Source: a virus
Length of the DNA: 64,000 nt
Direction: 5' to 3' (one strand)
Virus record (IMG/VR): IMGVR_UViG_3300022916_000005
Shown: piece after piece, positions 18,432 to 28,398 of the stretch
Layout of the letters: each line of letters opens with the position of its first letter
How positions within the stretch are numbered: the stretch's first letter is position 1
Notes under the pieces: model-generated
What the model was told of the DNA's origin: nothing
Seen by the model: only the letters and a program-made list of their open reading frames with translations
The model's database searches: none
Made by a program: the position numbers and the translations under genes

Positions 18432-20948
18432 ATGGGAACACCAAAGAAATTAGAGAAGAAAAGACTACAACCTCAATGCGTGTTAATGAATGCACCAGAG
18501 ATCTTCCAAGATAGAAGTGATTTCAACAGAGAAGCTTGGGGAACTTATGAAGGAAAGACTGAAGACGAGCAAAAAGCAGCAATTGTAAAGGGGAAATTTA
18601 ACAACCTCTCAGTTTTAACAGGGAATATTCAACTTCTCATTAATGAAATGGTATCAAAGAAGAATATGAATTCTGTTATTAACGAGATTACCCCAGCACA
18701 GATGGCATCTTTAGTTCCAAAGATTCGTCTTTATGTAGTCAAACACAATTCTACTGGCAAGACCGTTCCTTTTGAAGTAGCCTTTCCTGATCATGTAGAC
18801 CCCTATTCTGTTGATAAGATTCTTCAAGACAGAAAGGGAAGAGTAGAAGGATCAGGTATTAAAGATATTAGTTTTGATTTCTATGGAACTAACATGGCAG
18901 AGACAAACAAGATGATTAAATGCAAGATTAAATATTATTTTGCATCAATGCAAGATGTCTTTGAAGTAAGAAAGATGAAAGAAGACTTGGAGCATAGTTT
19001 TGCAGATCTGATTATGTATGGTACACAAACTGTTGCGACAAAGAACGCTCTCTTAACACAGTCTGGGACATTCCATCACAGGGTTAGATTGGTTGTTGGA
19101 TGGAACTTGCCAACAGGACCAATTTTAAAAGAACTGTTTGACGATAGCCCAAAGCTTAAAGAAACATTAAAAAAGTTGAATATGGAAATGTTCCTTGGAC
19201 TAATCAGTCACAACATTGTATACAAAGAAGATGGAACGGTAGAAATTGATGCAGAGTATCAGGCAGCGATTGAAGGAGCTTTGGTAAGTCAAGATGCTGA
19301 CGTTCTAAATCTATCAGATGTTGCAATTATGGAAGCACATAAAGATTTCGAAGAGCTTTTTGACATTTTCGAAGCGGCAAAAGAATTGCAAAAACACCTA
19401 CAACAACAAAAGATAAAGATTGAGAATGTAGTCTTTTCTGGAGAGTCTCTTTCATCTAAGCCATCCTACAACGATACTCCGAATACGACCTCTGTTAGTG
19501 TAAGAACTCATAAAGACATTGAAATCAGAAACTTTGCAAAATTAGTTGAAAGAATTCCCATTTCTTTTGGACTTTTGAGAAGGACGGGAAAAAATCTTTA
19601 TTTTAAATCTATTGATGAAATTTTATCAGCAATTCAAAACGAAATTGACAAGGAAAGAAAAAAATATAAAGGAGAGGTATATTCTGCATTTTTAAGAAGA
19701 TTGTATTCATCTAACAAGATTTACAAAGCAATTGTAAGTGATCCTGTTGTCCTCGATATCTATAAAAACAAAGATGACGACGATAAGGATGATGAACTAA
19801 AAAAGGTATTAAAAATTAATGATAATAATGTCGAGGTTAAGCAGATTGTAACAGGGAAAACGGGAAACGAAGCTCACTTTCTTCTTAATAACAAGATGAA
19901 GAATGAAGCAAAAAAAGTAGATGCCAGTAATGTCAAAGAATTTGTAAATAACAGAATGAAAGTTGGAAAAGATGCTGTTGAAATCCCGTTTGTTTATTTT
20001 GGAGACTTTCTTGATCTTTGCTTTAGTTCGTATAATCCAAAAGAAAAAAAGGTACGATTTTTCTTGGGAACGTTAAGTTATGAAAATCCAATTGACGGTA
20101 TTACTAAAAGTGTAAGTTTGGCATATTTGCCAATTAGCCTTGGACTACTTGAGACGTGGTTCTTTGAGTATGTTGTCGCAAGAGAAAAGCAAAAATACTA
20201 TTTGAAAACACTAATCAGAGATGTCGTTACAACAATGATTAAGCCAATATTGGGCTCTGAATGTGTGTCTGACAAGCCCAATGATAACCTTGTAACTGTA
20301 GGATTGGAGCACATTGTAGTTCCTGGACGTAAGCACTATGGAGGATGGGGGCAATATATCCCAACAGATACCAACGAAATTGACATTTCAATGATGAAAA
20401 TTGCAAAGTTTGATGAAGATGTCTCGGAGAGTAATGATGCAGAAGCCCTTGAACACAGATGGACATACATTGTTCTCTATGTTAACAGTATAGCCTCAGA
20501 TACTTTGTGGGGAAACGAGAAAGAAGATGAAGACAAAGGAATTCACCACTTCAGATTGGCACAAGATACTGGATTTTTAAAGAAGGTAACGTTCCAAAAA
20601 ACAACACAACAATATCTTCCAGAGGCCAGAGTGGAATCGGAAGGAACATTAGATGCTCACCAATTAAGGGACAAATATGATGCAGATGTTGTATTGTATG
20701 GTTTACCAATCTTTAGACCAGGACAATATATTTATGTAGATCCTACAGTATTGGGGGTTCCTTCTGAACATCTCGATACACTAGGGATTGGCGGATATTA
20801 CATGGTGATTGATGTTGCAAATAATCTATCAAGAGATAGATATGAAACTACACTAAAAGGAGTTTGGCAAACGGGTGCAGACTTGAAAAGATCCCGTATT
20901 CAAGCCCTAACTTCTGAGAATGGTGCTGAAGTGTTAGATAATCCCTAG
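18432..20948 (+). CDS. Baseplate hub protein (gp27/VgrG-like, large)
   Basis: C-terminal YDADVVLYGLPIFRPGQYIYVDP...LGIGGYYMVIDV...YETTLKG hub pattern. Position fits. Confidence 0.65.
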   Translation: MGTPKKLEKKRLQPQCVLMNAPEIFQDRSDFNREAWGTYEGKTEDEQKAAIVKGKFNNLSVLTGNIQLLINEMVSKKNMNSVINEITPAQMASLVPKIRLYVVKHNSTGKTVPFEVAFPDHVDPYSVDKILQDRKGRVEGSGIKDISFDFYGTNMAETNKMIKCKIKYYFASMQDVFEVRKMKEDLEHSFADLIMYGTQTVATKNALLTQSGTFHHRVRLVVGWNLPTGPILKELFDDSPKLKETLKKLNMEMFLGLISHNIVYKEDGTVEIDAEYQAAIEGALVSQDADVLNLSDVAIMEAHKDFEELFDIFEAAKELQKHLQQQKIKIENVVFSGESLSSKPSYNDTPNTTSVSVRTHKDIEIRNFAKLVERIPISFGLLRRTGKNLYFKSIDEILSAIQNEIDKERKKYKGEVYSAFLRRLYSSNKIYKAIVSDPVVLDIYKNKDDDDKDDELKKVLKINDNNVEVKQIVTGKTGNEAHFLLNNKMKNEAKKVDASNVKEFVNNRMKVGKDAVEIPFVYFGDFLDLCFSSYNPKEKKVRFFLGTLSYENPIDGITKSVSLAYLPISLGLLETWFFEYVVAREKQKYYLKTLIRDVVTTMIKPILGSECVSDKPNDNLVTVGLEHIVVPGRKHYGGWGQYIPTDTNEIDISMMKIAKFDEDVSESNDAEALEHRWTYIVLYVNSIASDTLWGNEKEDEDKGIHHFRLAQDTGFLKKVTFQKTTQQYLPEARVESEGTLDAHQLRDKYDADVVLYGLPIFRPGQYIYVDPTVLGVPSEHLDTLGIGGYYMVIDVANNLSRDRYETTLKGVWQTGADLKRSRIQALTSENGAEVLDNP

Positions 20949-21009
20949 CTAATGGAGGATACCCAGTTTCAGACCCAGGTCTGGACTAAGATGGGTTGCC
21001 AAAATAAAA

Positions 21010-22122
21010 ATGATTTTAACATCAAATACATTAAGAAAAAATAAGAAAGGCAAGATCGAATTACCAAAGGCAAGTAATGAACTTGTATCTTCAGATCTCT
21101 TTAAACAAAGAAAGTATTACAAAGACAACATACTTGTCAGAAATATCAGGACTATTGATCTTTGGGAAGAAAATAAATACTACGGTTTACTTGACAAGGA
21201 AGGGAATTCTATTAAATTAAAAGAGGAATATCTTGTCAACATAGATAAGATACAAGTATTAAATTTTGTTGCAGATGCTTTTAAAGAATTCCAATCCAGT
21301 ATGGAACGAGCATCAAATAACAAAACATTTGACAAGAAAAGTATCTTTACGAACATTACTCCAAAAGTAGGATGGATAGGCTTGGATGCAACATATGAAA
21401 ATTATTTCACAGGAGTCTTCAAGAAACCACTTTTCGATTCTGTAGATGATAAGAAGATTGTAACGTTTAACGACTATGTAAAGGAATTGTTGAAATCTTT
21501 TATGCTTAATGGTAAAATGCTTCCTATCACTCAATCTTTATTTTTGACATCAAACATGTTCTTTCAAAGAACAAATGGTCTCATTATCGAAATTGGAGAA
21601 GGGACATACGATGATGACAACGCGAAGTACAATAAATACATTAAAGACAATATGTTCAGCTTTTATAAGAACGAAGCGCAAAGGTTTGGATTTGCAGTTG
21701 ACAAGAATGTCCCTTGGAGATTGGTAGCACAATTAAATTCTCCAAAGATGCAAAGATATATGGACACATACGAGATTACCCTTGACAATATATTTGAAGT
21801 ATATTATAATATTGTATATCGAGATGAGTTAACAACACTTCAAAAAATGATTGAAGAATCGTATAAAGACTTCTTAAGAGAGAAGGGAGACTTCATCATT
21901 GAAGAGAGAACATGTTGTCAAAGACAAAGAGAAGTTGGAGTTGTATCAAGAAAGTACAATGACGACTATTGGTTTAACACCTATCTTGATATCAAATTCA
22001 TCGAAGCACAAAATGACTATTCCGATAAAGAAAAGAAAAAAATCAAATCAAAAGCACTCACTCTAAAGAAACACGTTGACATACAAAGATCCTTGTGGTA
22101 TATTAATACAGAGATTACATAA
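21010..22122 (+). CDS. Conserved hypothetical protein
   Basis: 370-aa ORF with normal codon use. No family recognised. Confidence 0.7.
   Translation: MILTSNTLRKNKKGKIELPKASNELVSSDLFKQRKYYKDNILVRNIRTIDLWEENKYYGLLDKEGNSIKLKEEYLVNIDKIQVLNFVADAFKEFQSSMERASNNKTFDKKSIFTNITPKVGWIGLDATYENYFTGVFKKPLFDSVDDKKIVTFNDYVKELLKSFMLNGKMLPITQSLFLTSNMFFQRTNGLIIEIGEGTYDDDNAKYNKYIKDNMFSFYKNEAQRFGFAVDKNVPWRLVAQLNSPKMQRYMDTYEITLDNIFEVYYNIVYRDELTTLQKMIEESYKDFLREKGDFIIEERTCCQRQREVGVVSRKYNDDYWFNTYLDIKFIEAQNDYSDKEKKKIKSKALTLKKHVDIQRSLWYINTEIT
22076..22104 (+). promoter_or_regulatory. Sigma70-type promoter for replication operon
   Basis: TTGACA-17 nt-TATATT upstream of the PolA-like gene. Confidence 0.65.
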
Positions 22123-22139
22123 TATCATAAGGAGAAGTT

Positions 22140-23312
22140 GTGTCCCTTTTTCAAGTATTAGATGACAAAAACTACAACTGTAAGCGTATCTGTGTTGAAG
22201 GAACATTCTACGAATTAGAAGAAGTAGATAAGCCAATTATTACAGATACATGGAATTATTACCCATATCTCGAAGACCTACCAATCGAATATGCACAATT
22301 ATATGCTGAAGGTAAAACACCATCACAAGTATGTCCAGAAGGGTTAAAAGAAGAATTCAAACAAATCAACAATAAATTGAAAGCATACTATAGATCTTTT
22401 GCCACTTCAAAGATCAACTTGGATAAGTATTGTTTCTATGATCTTGTGCCGGATAAAGTTGTAAGAGAATATGCAAGAATTAAAGATCTAATATGCAAAT
22501 ATGTATTCGATACCTACGATAAACCAGAAAATTACAATCATATGTTGAAGATTATAAAGATAATCACAGATATTAGGCCATTAAATATTGATAAGAGAAT
22601 GGCAAAGATGATTAATTATAACAAATGCCCATCAGGAGTGCTTTCTTATAATCCATTTACATCTAAAACTGGCAGATTGGGGATTAATAGTAAATCATTT
22701 CCAATTCTTAATATTAAGAAGGAAGATAGAGTTGTAATTGTTCCTCACAATGACATGTTCGTCAATCTTGATTATAATGCAGCAGAATTGCGCGTTTTGT
22801 TGGGTCTAAATGGTGAGAAGCAACCAAGCATTGATATTCACGAGCACAATAGGCAAATATTAAAGAAAGATAAGACAAGAACAGAAGTAAAGAAGATGAC
22901 ATTTGCTTGGTTATATGGAAGTGAAAGAGAAGAACACGTTGAAGTGCAAGATTTTGGGTTTGCATACGATAAAAAGAAAATCCTTGACAAATACTATCGC
23001 GATGGTATAGTATATACAGACTTTAGAAGAAAGATTAAGGCAGATGACCATCACGCTTTGAGCTATATCATTCAAAGCACAGCATCCGATATGTTTCTTG
23101 AGCAAGTATACGAGATTAGAAAGCTACTAAAAGGAAAGAAGAGTTTTGTGTCATTTATGGTACACGATAATGTAGCAATCGACCTACATAGAGAAGACAG
23201 ATCGCTTGTCCGAGAGATAAAGAGAATATTCGAAGATACGAGATATGGGAAGATACTATCAACCCTTGAGATGGGAAAAAACTTTGGAGAAATGGAGAAA
23301 ATAAATATATGA
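22140..23312 (+). CDS. Minimal family A DNA polymerase (polymerase domain only)
   Basis: SKTGRL, motif A LDYNAAELRVL, motif B RTEVKKMTFAWLYG, IQSTASD and motif C MVHDNV. Confidence 0.8.
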   Translation: MSLFQVLDDKNYNCKRICVEGTFYELEEVDKPIITDTWNYYPYLEDLPIEYAQLYAEGKTPSQVCPEGLKEEFKQINNKLKAYYRSFATSKINLDKYCFYDLVPDKVVREYARIKDLICKYVFDTYDKPENYNHMLKIIKIITDIRPLNIDKRMAKMINYNKCPSGVLSYNPFTSKTGRLGINSKSFPILNIKKEDRVVIVPHNDMFVNLDYNAAELRVLLGLNGEKQPSIDIHEHNRQILKKDKTRTEVKKMTFAWLYGSEREEHVEVQDFGFAYDKKKILDKYYRDGIVYTDFRRKIKADDHHALSYIIQSTASDMFLEQVYEIRKLLKGKKSFVSFMVHDNVAIDLHREDRSLVREIKRIFEDTRYGKILSTLEMGKNFGEMEKINI

Positions 23313-24118
23313 AAATCATATCACTAGGGGAAAAGTCGATAGCGTTGGCAAAAAAATTATCACAATATCCAGAATATAATTTAAAAGAGATAATGGAAGT
23401 AGGAAATCAAACACCAGAAGAATATGAGACAAGTGCATCTGATTTCAATATGGGGGTATTGTGTAACGACAAGGATGAAGAATTGACATTCATCGTAACA
23501 GGAGGATCATACATTTCTGGAATGACCTTGGCATTGATGGAAAAGGTAAAGGAAAAGTCATTAAAGGTATTGTACATTAAGCCAAACATATTAAACATAA
23601 CAGATGAAGTTGCATTAAAACAAGATAGGGCGACATTCCATATTTTACAAGAGTTTGCTAGATCAGGATTAATAACAGATATGTCAATTATATCTGTAGG
23701 ACAGTTGGCACACATTTTAGGCAATATGCCCATTATTGGCTACACAAGTAAGATTAATGATGCGATAGCCTACCCTTACCATATGATCAACGTATACACC
23801 AACACAGCCCCTCTCATGGGCAATATGAGTCCTGTCTATAAGACGGCAAGGATGTCAACGTTTGGTACATTTGACATTGAAGAAAAGAAAGATCTGTTAT
23901 ATTTTCCTATTGACAATATCAGAGAAAAGAGATATTATTATGCTGTACCTGAGAGCATTTTAAAAGAAGATGGGGAGTTGCTATCAACTATCCAAGACAA
24001 CATGAAGGAGCAGTCAAATAATGGAAAGATCAAAACAACGTATGGTATATATTCCACAGATTATGAACGTAGTTATTGTTTCGTTCAAGCTTTCAGTTCT
24101 CACATTCAGCCTTATTAA
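23309..24118 (+). CDS. Divergent tubulin/FtsZ-like protein
   Basis: N-terminal IISLG..SIALA (degenerate IGLGxxGxNIA), IVTGGSYISG (degenerate tubulin signature), VLYIKP, and ~270 aa length. Confidence 0.45.
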   Translation: MKIISLGEKSIALAKKLSQYPEYNLKEIMEVGNQTPEEYETSASDFNMGVLCNDKDEELTFIVTGGSYISGMTLALMEKVKEKSLKVLYIKPNILNITDEVALKQDRATFHILQEFARSGLITDMSIISVGQLAHILGNMPIIGYTSKINDAIAYPYHMINVYTNTAPLMGNMSPVYKTARMSTFGTFDIEEKKDLLYFPIDNIREKRYYYAVPESILKEDGELLSTIQDNMKEQSNNGKIKTTYGIYSTDYERSYCFVQAFSSHIQPY

Positions 24119-24164
24119 GGGACAGGTATTTCAAGGAGCGAGAACAAAAATTAAAAGAAAGGAC

Positions 24165-24193
24165 TTGACTATTTGGGGAACTTAGGGTATAAT
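24165..24193 (+). promoter_or_regulatory. Sigma70-type early promoter
   Basis: TTGACT-17 nt-TATAAT, followed by AGGAGG and the ATG at 24220. Confidence 0.8.
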
Positions 24194-24219
24194 GTATTAT
24201 AACAATCAAGGAGGCTGCT

Positions 24220-24489
24220 ATGAAGGCGTATCGTGGAACATTTAAGAAGAAGAATGGGGAAAATAGGGACATGTTCTTTGTTCGTCTTTCTGACATGCCA
24301 ACGTTGGTAATGGAAGGACTTGTCAAAGGGACTGGCAAGAAGCGAACATTAGGAGAAGGATTGGAATTGGTTTATGATCTTGATGCAGATGGTTTTCGTA
24401 TTTTCAATTGGAAGGCTGCAATTGGAGATGTCGAAGATTTGGAAATTAGTGAAAGTAGATTTAATTTGACAGAAGGAGAATCCAAGTAA
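24220..24489 (+). CDS. Small SH3/WYL-like (DUF2693-type) protein
   Basis: GTFKKKNGENRDM...VYDLDADGFRIFNW pattern and a strong RBS. Confidence 0.6.
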   Translation: MKAYRGTFKKKNGENRDMFFVRLSDMPTLVMEGLVKGTGKKRTLGEGLELVYDLDADGFRIFNWKAAIGDVEDLEISESRFNLTEGESK

Positions 24490-24791
24490 TGGAAGTGTAT
24501 AGAGTAACGATCAACGACAAGGGTACCACTATTTGGTATAACGAAGATGGTGTTTATCACCGCAATGATGGTCCTGCCATCAAAGACGCTGACGGTGCCA
24601 AATTTTGGTATCAAAATGGCAAGTGTCATCGCATTGACGGCCCTGCTGCCATTTACACCGATGGCAGGAAAAAATGGTATATTGAAGGTCTAAAATACAC
24701 AGAAGAAGACTATAACAAAAAATTAAATCCTTCATGTGAAGGACAAACTGTGACAATTGAAGGCGTCACATACAAACTGACAAAGGTATAA
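24489..24791 (+). CDS. HRxDGPA 23-aa repeat protein (2 units)
   Basis: YHRNDGPA and CHRIDGPA units. DNA is close to the repeats at 57-64 kb. Confidence 0.85.
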   Translation: MEVYRVTINDKGTTIWYNEDGVYHRNDGPAIKDADGAKFWYQNGKCHRIDGPAAIYTDGRKKWYIEGLKYTEEDYNKKLNPSCEGQTVTIEGVTYKLTKV

Positions 24792-24804
24792 AAGGAGGTT
24801 CAAG

Positions 24805-25599
24805 ATGGGAGTTAATTTAGGTAAGATGGCAGATCGTGCCAAGAGTTTCAAAGCTGGAGGTTCCGGCGAGGACAAGAAAGATAATCTTTTTGCAAAGGTT
24901 ACAAAGGAACCACAAGTGTTCCGAATGTTGGAGGTTAATGGCGATGCTTGGGAGACTTATCATCTTCATTATTTGACAAAGAATGGAAAGACAATTGCAT
25001 CATTCCTTTGTCCTCGAAAGAATTTTGGGGAGGATTGTCCTGTATGCGATTGGGCAACAGAACTGTTCCAGAAGAGCAAGGAAACTGGTGATGAGACAAT
25101 GAAGCGACAGGCTATTAAGATGTTCGCCAATCAGCGTTGGTATTCTCCAGTACTAGTAAGAGGAAAGGAAGAGGATGGTCCTCGAATTTGGTCATATAGT
25201 AAGACAGTTGCGGCAGAACTTACTCGTAAGTTCACAAACCCTGACTATGGAGATCTTACAGACTCAGAGACGGGGACAGACTTGACAGTGTTTCATGCAA
25301 CGGCAGAAGGAAAGTTGTATCCTGATACTGTCATCGACCCTCGACGAATGCCAAGCAAGTTGGCAGAGACTGCAGAAGAGGTGCAGGGCATTATGTCTTC
25401 GATTCCCAATATTATGGAACAAATGCGAAGACTGACAAGAGACGAGATCCAAGAGAAGCTTGACGAGTCTCTTGGGCTAAATGATGCCCCTCCTGTTGAG
25501 AAGAATGCTACACAAACTCCAAAAGGAGAAGATCAGCCATCATCAGACCCGGAAGCAGACGAGATTGACCGCAAGTTTGCAGAATTGGATGAAGTATAA
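24805..25599 (+). CDS. Single-stranded DNA-binding protein (gp32-like)
   Basis: HLHY...CPRKNFGEDCPVC Zn motif, YGDLTDSETGTDL and an acidic C-terminal tail. Adjacent to RecA. Confidence 0.8.
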   Translation: MGVNLGKMADRAKSFKAGGSGEDKKDNLFAKVTKEPQVFRMLEVNGDAWETYHLHYLTKNGKTIASFLCPRKNFGEDCPVCDWATELFQKSKETGDETMKRQAIKMFANQRWYSPVLVRGKEEDGPRIWSYSKTVAAELTRKFTNPDYGDLTDSETGTDLTVFHATAEGKLYPDTVIDPRRMPSKLAETAEEVQGIMSSIPNIMEQMRRLTRDEIQEKLDESLGLNDAPPVEKNATQTPKGEDQPSSDPEADEIDRKFAELDEV

Positions 25600-25623
25600 G
25601 AACACATAAGATTGGATAAATAA

Positions 25624-25661
25624 TGTGGAGGGATAGTATAGTTTAAGCCTATCCCTCCACA
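25624..25661. other. Perfect 13-bp inverted repeat (stem-loop) between ssb and recA
   Basis: TGTGGAGGGATAG-12 nt-CTATCCCTCCACA, with no strong U-tract. Confidence 0.75.
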
Positions 25662-25694
25662 AGTGCTATTATTAACAAGAAGGGAGAATAATAA

Positions 25695-26849
25695 ATGGCA
25701 AAGAAGAAGAAAGAGGCAGTAAAAGTGTCAACTGCTTTTGACATTCGAAAGATGATCAATAAGAAGGCAGGAATGAATGTTGCCTTCAACCTCGATAAAG
25801 ACGAAAACCCAACAGAAGTAAAGGGATGGATTCCAACAGGAAGTAAATGGTTAGATAATGTCATTGCATCTGGAAGAGTGGGAGGGATCCCAATTGGCAA
25901 GATTGTAGAATTGGCAGGATTAGAATCTGTTGGCAAATCTTACATGGCAGCGCAAATTGCAGCAAACGCTCTTGAACAAGGGATGGATGTGATTTATTTC
26001 GATTCAGAATCTGCAATTGATCCCGATTTTCTTGAACAAATTGGATGTGATTTGGAAAAGCTTGTGTATGTTCAAGCAACATCTTGCGAATTTGTTCTTG
26101 AAACTATTGAAGATGTATTGGGATCGTCTCCTAATCGAACATTGTTTGTTTTTGATTCTTTAGCACAAACACCAACAAATTCAGATATGACAGGGACTTT
26201 CAATCCTGCCGAAGATGTTGCAGTCAAAGCCCGAGTTATGTCTAAAGGATTGCGAAAGCTATTGATTCCAATTGCGAATCACGAATCGACATTGTTAGTT
26301 CTTAATCAGTTGAAGATCAACATTGATTCTTCGATTAATATGAAATATGCAACAATTAAAGAAAAATATTTCACACCAGGAGGAAAGTCGTTAACTTATG
26401 CCTATTCTTTGAGAATCTGGTTAGAAGGTAGGGCTGCTAAATCTTCATTCGTAGAAGATGATAATGGGTTTAGGATCGGATCGGAAGTAAAAGCTACAAT
26501 CATTAAGTCAAGATTTGGTACTCAATGGAGACAAGCGATCTTCAAGATCCTTTGGGGTGGAGACAAACTTGCAGTGCAGGATGAAGAATCTTGGTTCGAA
26601 GCTATTCGATCATCAGAACATTTTCATCCAGGAGCGTGGAATACTCTTGATTATGCTGACGGAACAAATAGTGGGAAGTGGAGGCAATCAGAGTGGATTG
26701 AAAAATTAAAAGAAGAGAAATTCTATAATCGTGTAGTTGAACTTCTTGATGAGGAATTGATTTACAAGTTTGCTCACAAGACGGGGAAGGCGTCAGACTT
26801 TTATGATGTCGAAGGCAACAATAATGGTATTCCTATAAAAGATGAATAG
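25695..26849 (+). CDS. recA: RecA/UvsX recombinase
   Basis: IPTGS..LD, GGIPIGKIVELAGLESVGKS (Walker A), YFDSESAID, VFDSLA, NQL and TPGGKSL. Confidence 0.95.
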   Translation: MAKKKKEAVKVSTAFDIRKMINKKAGMNVAFNLDKDENPTEVKGWIPTGSKWLDNVIASGRVGGIPIGKIVELAGLESVGKSYMAAQIAANALEQGMDVIYFDSESAIDPDFLEQIGCDLEKLVYVQATSCEFVLETIEDVLGSSPNRTLFVFDSLAQTPTNSDMTGTFNPAEDVAVKARVMSKGLRKLLIPIANHESTLLVLNQLKINIDSSINMKYATIKEKYFTPGGKSLTYAYSLRIWLEGRAAKSSFVEDDNGFRIGSEVKATIIKSRFGTQWRQAIFKILWGGDKLAVQDEESWFEAIRSSEHFHPGAWNTLDYADGTNSGKWRQSEWIEKLKEEKFYNRVVELLDEELIYKFAHKTGKASDFYDVEGNNNGIPIKDE

Positions 26850-26860
26850 AGGAGAATAAA

Positions 26861-27112
26861 ATGTTGGATATCGAAAGAGAAACAGAAGAGTATATCAAGA
26901 ATTTGGAGAATGCAATTGAAGCATTGTGTTTAAAATTGGATAAGAAACCCAATCCAGTATGGTATGATAGTGCTTTTTGGTGTTCGAGGGAATGTCCGTA
27001 TGCAACAGTAACCTCAAGAAGTGATGAGTGGAAGATTGTGTGTGGTGTTGACAATGAAACAAAACACCAAGAAGATAGTAACTGTTACTACGGTTCTTTT
27101 GACGATGAGTAA
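26861..27112 (+). CDS. Small Cys-containing hypothetical protein
   Basis: Strong RBS (GAGGAG), 83 aa. Confidence 0.65.
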   Translation: MLDIERETEEYIKNLENAIEALCLKLDKKPNPVWYDSAFWCSRECPYATVTSRSDEWKIVCGVDNETKHQEDSNCYYGSFDDE

Positions 27113-27395
27113 TGATGAGTTTATTCCTCCATGTAAATTAATTAACGTATCTCCAAGAGTTTGGTGGTATGGCAAATTGTATGAAGAGGATGGTCAACAT
27201 TTTAAAATCTGTCCAATTTGTTCTTGCAATTCTATTACGGATAAGGTAAAATGGTATACAAGATGGAGAAGGAAGAGACAGGGTATTGAAAACATTGAAG
27301 AACTAAGATGTTCAAAATGTAAAACGAGATTCCTTGTCATCTCAAACACATGTAATAGTAAAGGAACTTGGATTTGGTGCAGATATGGAACTTAA
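27105..27395 (+). CDS. Small Zn-ribbon protein
   Basis: CPIC and CSKC pairs. ATG overlaps the end of the previous gene. Confidence 0.6.
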   Translation: MSNDEFIPPCKLINVSPRVWWYGKLYEEDGQHFKICPICSCNSITDKVKWYTRWRRKRQGIENIEELRCSKCKTRFLVISNTCNSKGTWIWCRYGT

Positions 27396-28398
27396 ATTTG
27401 GTACAATTTATTACTATAAAGAGTATAAACGATACGAAATGATACTTGAAATTCGAAAGACTCATTATCTTGTAATGGCTCTGAACGGGACAGAAGGAGG
27501 AAGAACATTCACAGAAGACTTAGCTTGGTATAAGCACGACCGCATTGTGCCGTTATTAGTCCATATTATAGGATAAAATGAATATGAAAGTAGGTGACAT
27601 TTACCGTTATAATGATGTTGTAGAAATTATAACAAAGATAGATAAGGACGTAAATGACTCGTATTGTGTCGGATTTGTGGCAAAAGGTGGAATCCAAAAG
27701 AATAGGTTTATCCTTGAGACTGAGAGTTGGTATGAAGAAAATAAAAATGAAATCACTTGGATTGTAAAGCAATGAATATTAAAGTAGGGGACGTTTACTA
27801 TTTTCATGAAGGAACACTTAAGAGATGGGAAGTTGTAACAAAGATTATCTCTTCGTCAACAGTGGAAATGACAGTGTTGAATGGAAAATTAAAAGATAAA
27901 ACATTTACAGAACACAAGTATTGGTTTAAATCGAATGAAAAGTACATTACTTGGGTTGTAAAGCAATGAATCTTCGACAATATAGTATTTGGTATGATGA
28001 TGATTGTGGAGAATATGCATATCTCGATTCTTATCATGAAGATAGTGCAAGTAGATGGATGAAAGTAGTCTACTTTAGTGACAAAAAGATGATTTCAATA
28101 AGTCTTTGGGGATTTAACGAGGCATTTCACCTTGTCTGGGAAGATAAAACTAGACCAATTATCGGATACAGTGGAGAGCACCATGAAGATTAGAAAACAC
28201 AGTATCTGGTATGATAAAGAATATGAAGAATATGTGACAATTTTGGAAGACAGAACGTACAGAGAGGTGATGTATTCTCGTTTTCTGGTATATTCTTCAC
28301 TACAATATTTAACATTTACATATGATTTAGAATATATACGAGAAAATTGTATACTCATTTTTGAGAACAGAGAAGAGGAAATTTTATATGACAATTAG
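27385..28398 (+). other. Array 1 of small SH3/KOW-like ORFs (starts 27385, 27578, 27772, 27966, 28183)
   Basis: Five 63-75 aa tightly coupled ORFs (LKFGTIY, MKVGDIY, IKVGDVY, LRQYSIW, IRKHSIW). Confidence 0.7.

Noticed and set aside
20940-21000. Possible frameshift extension or hairpin after the baseplate hub stop (CCC TAG; weak CAGACC/GGTCTG stem)
   Set aside because: A +1 shift hits a stop at once, there is no canonical -1 slippery site, and the stem is weak. Support is insufficient.
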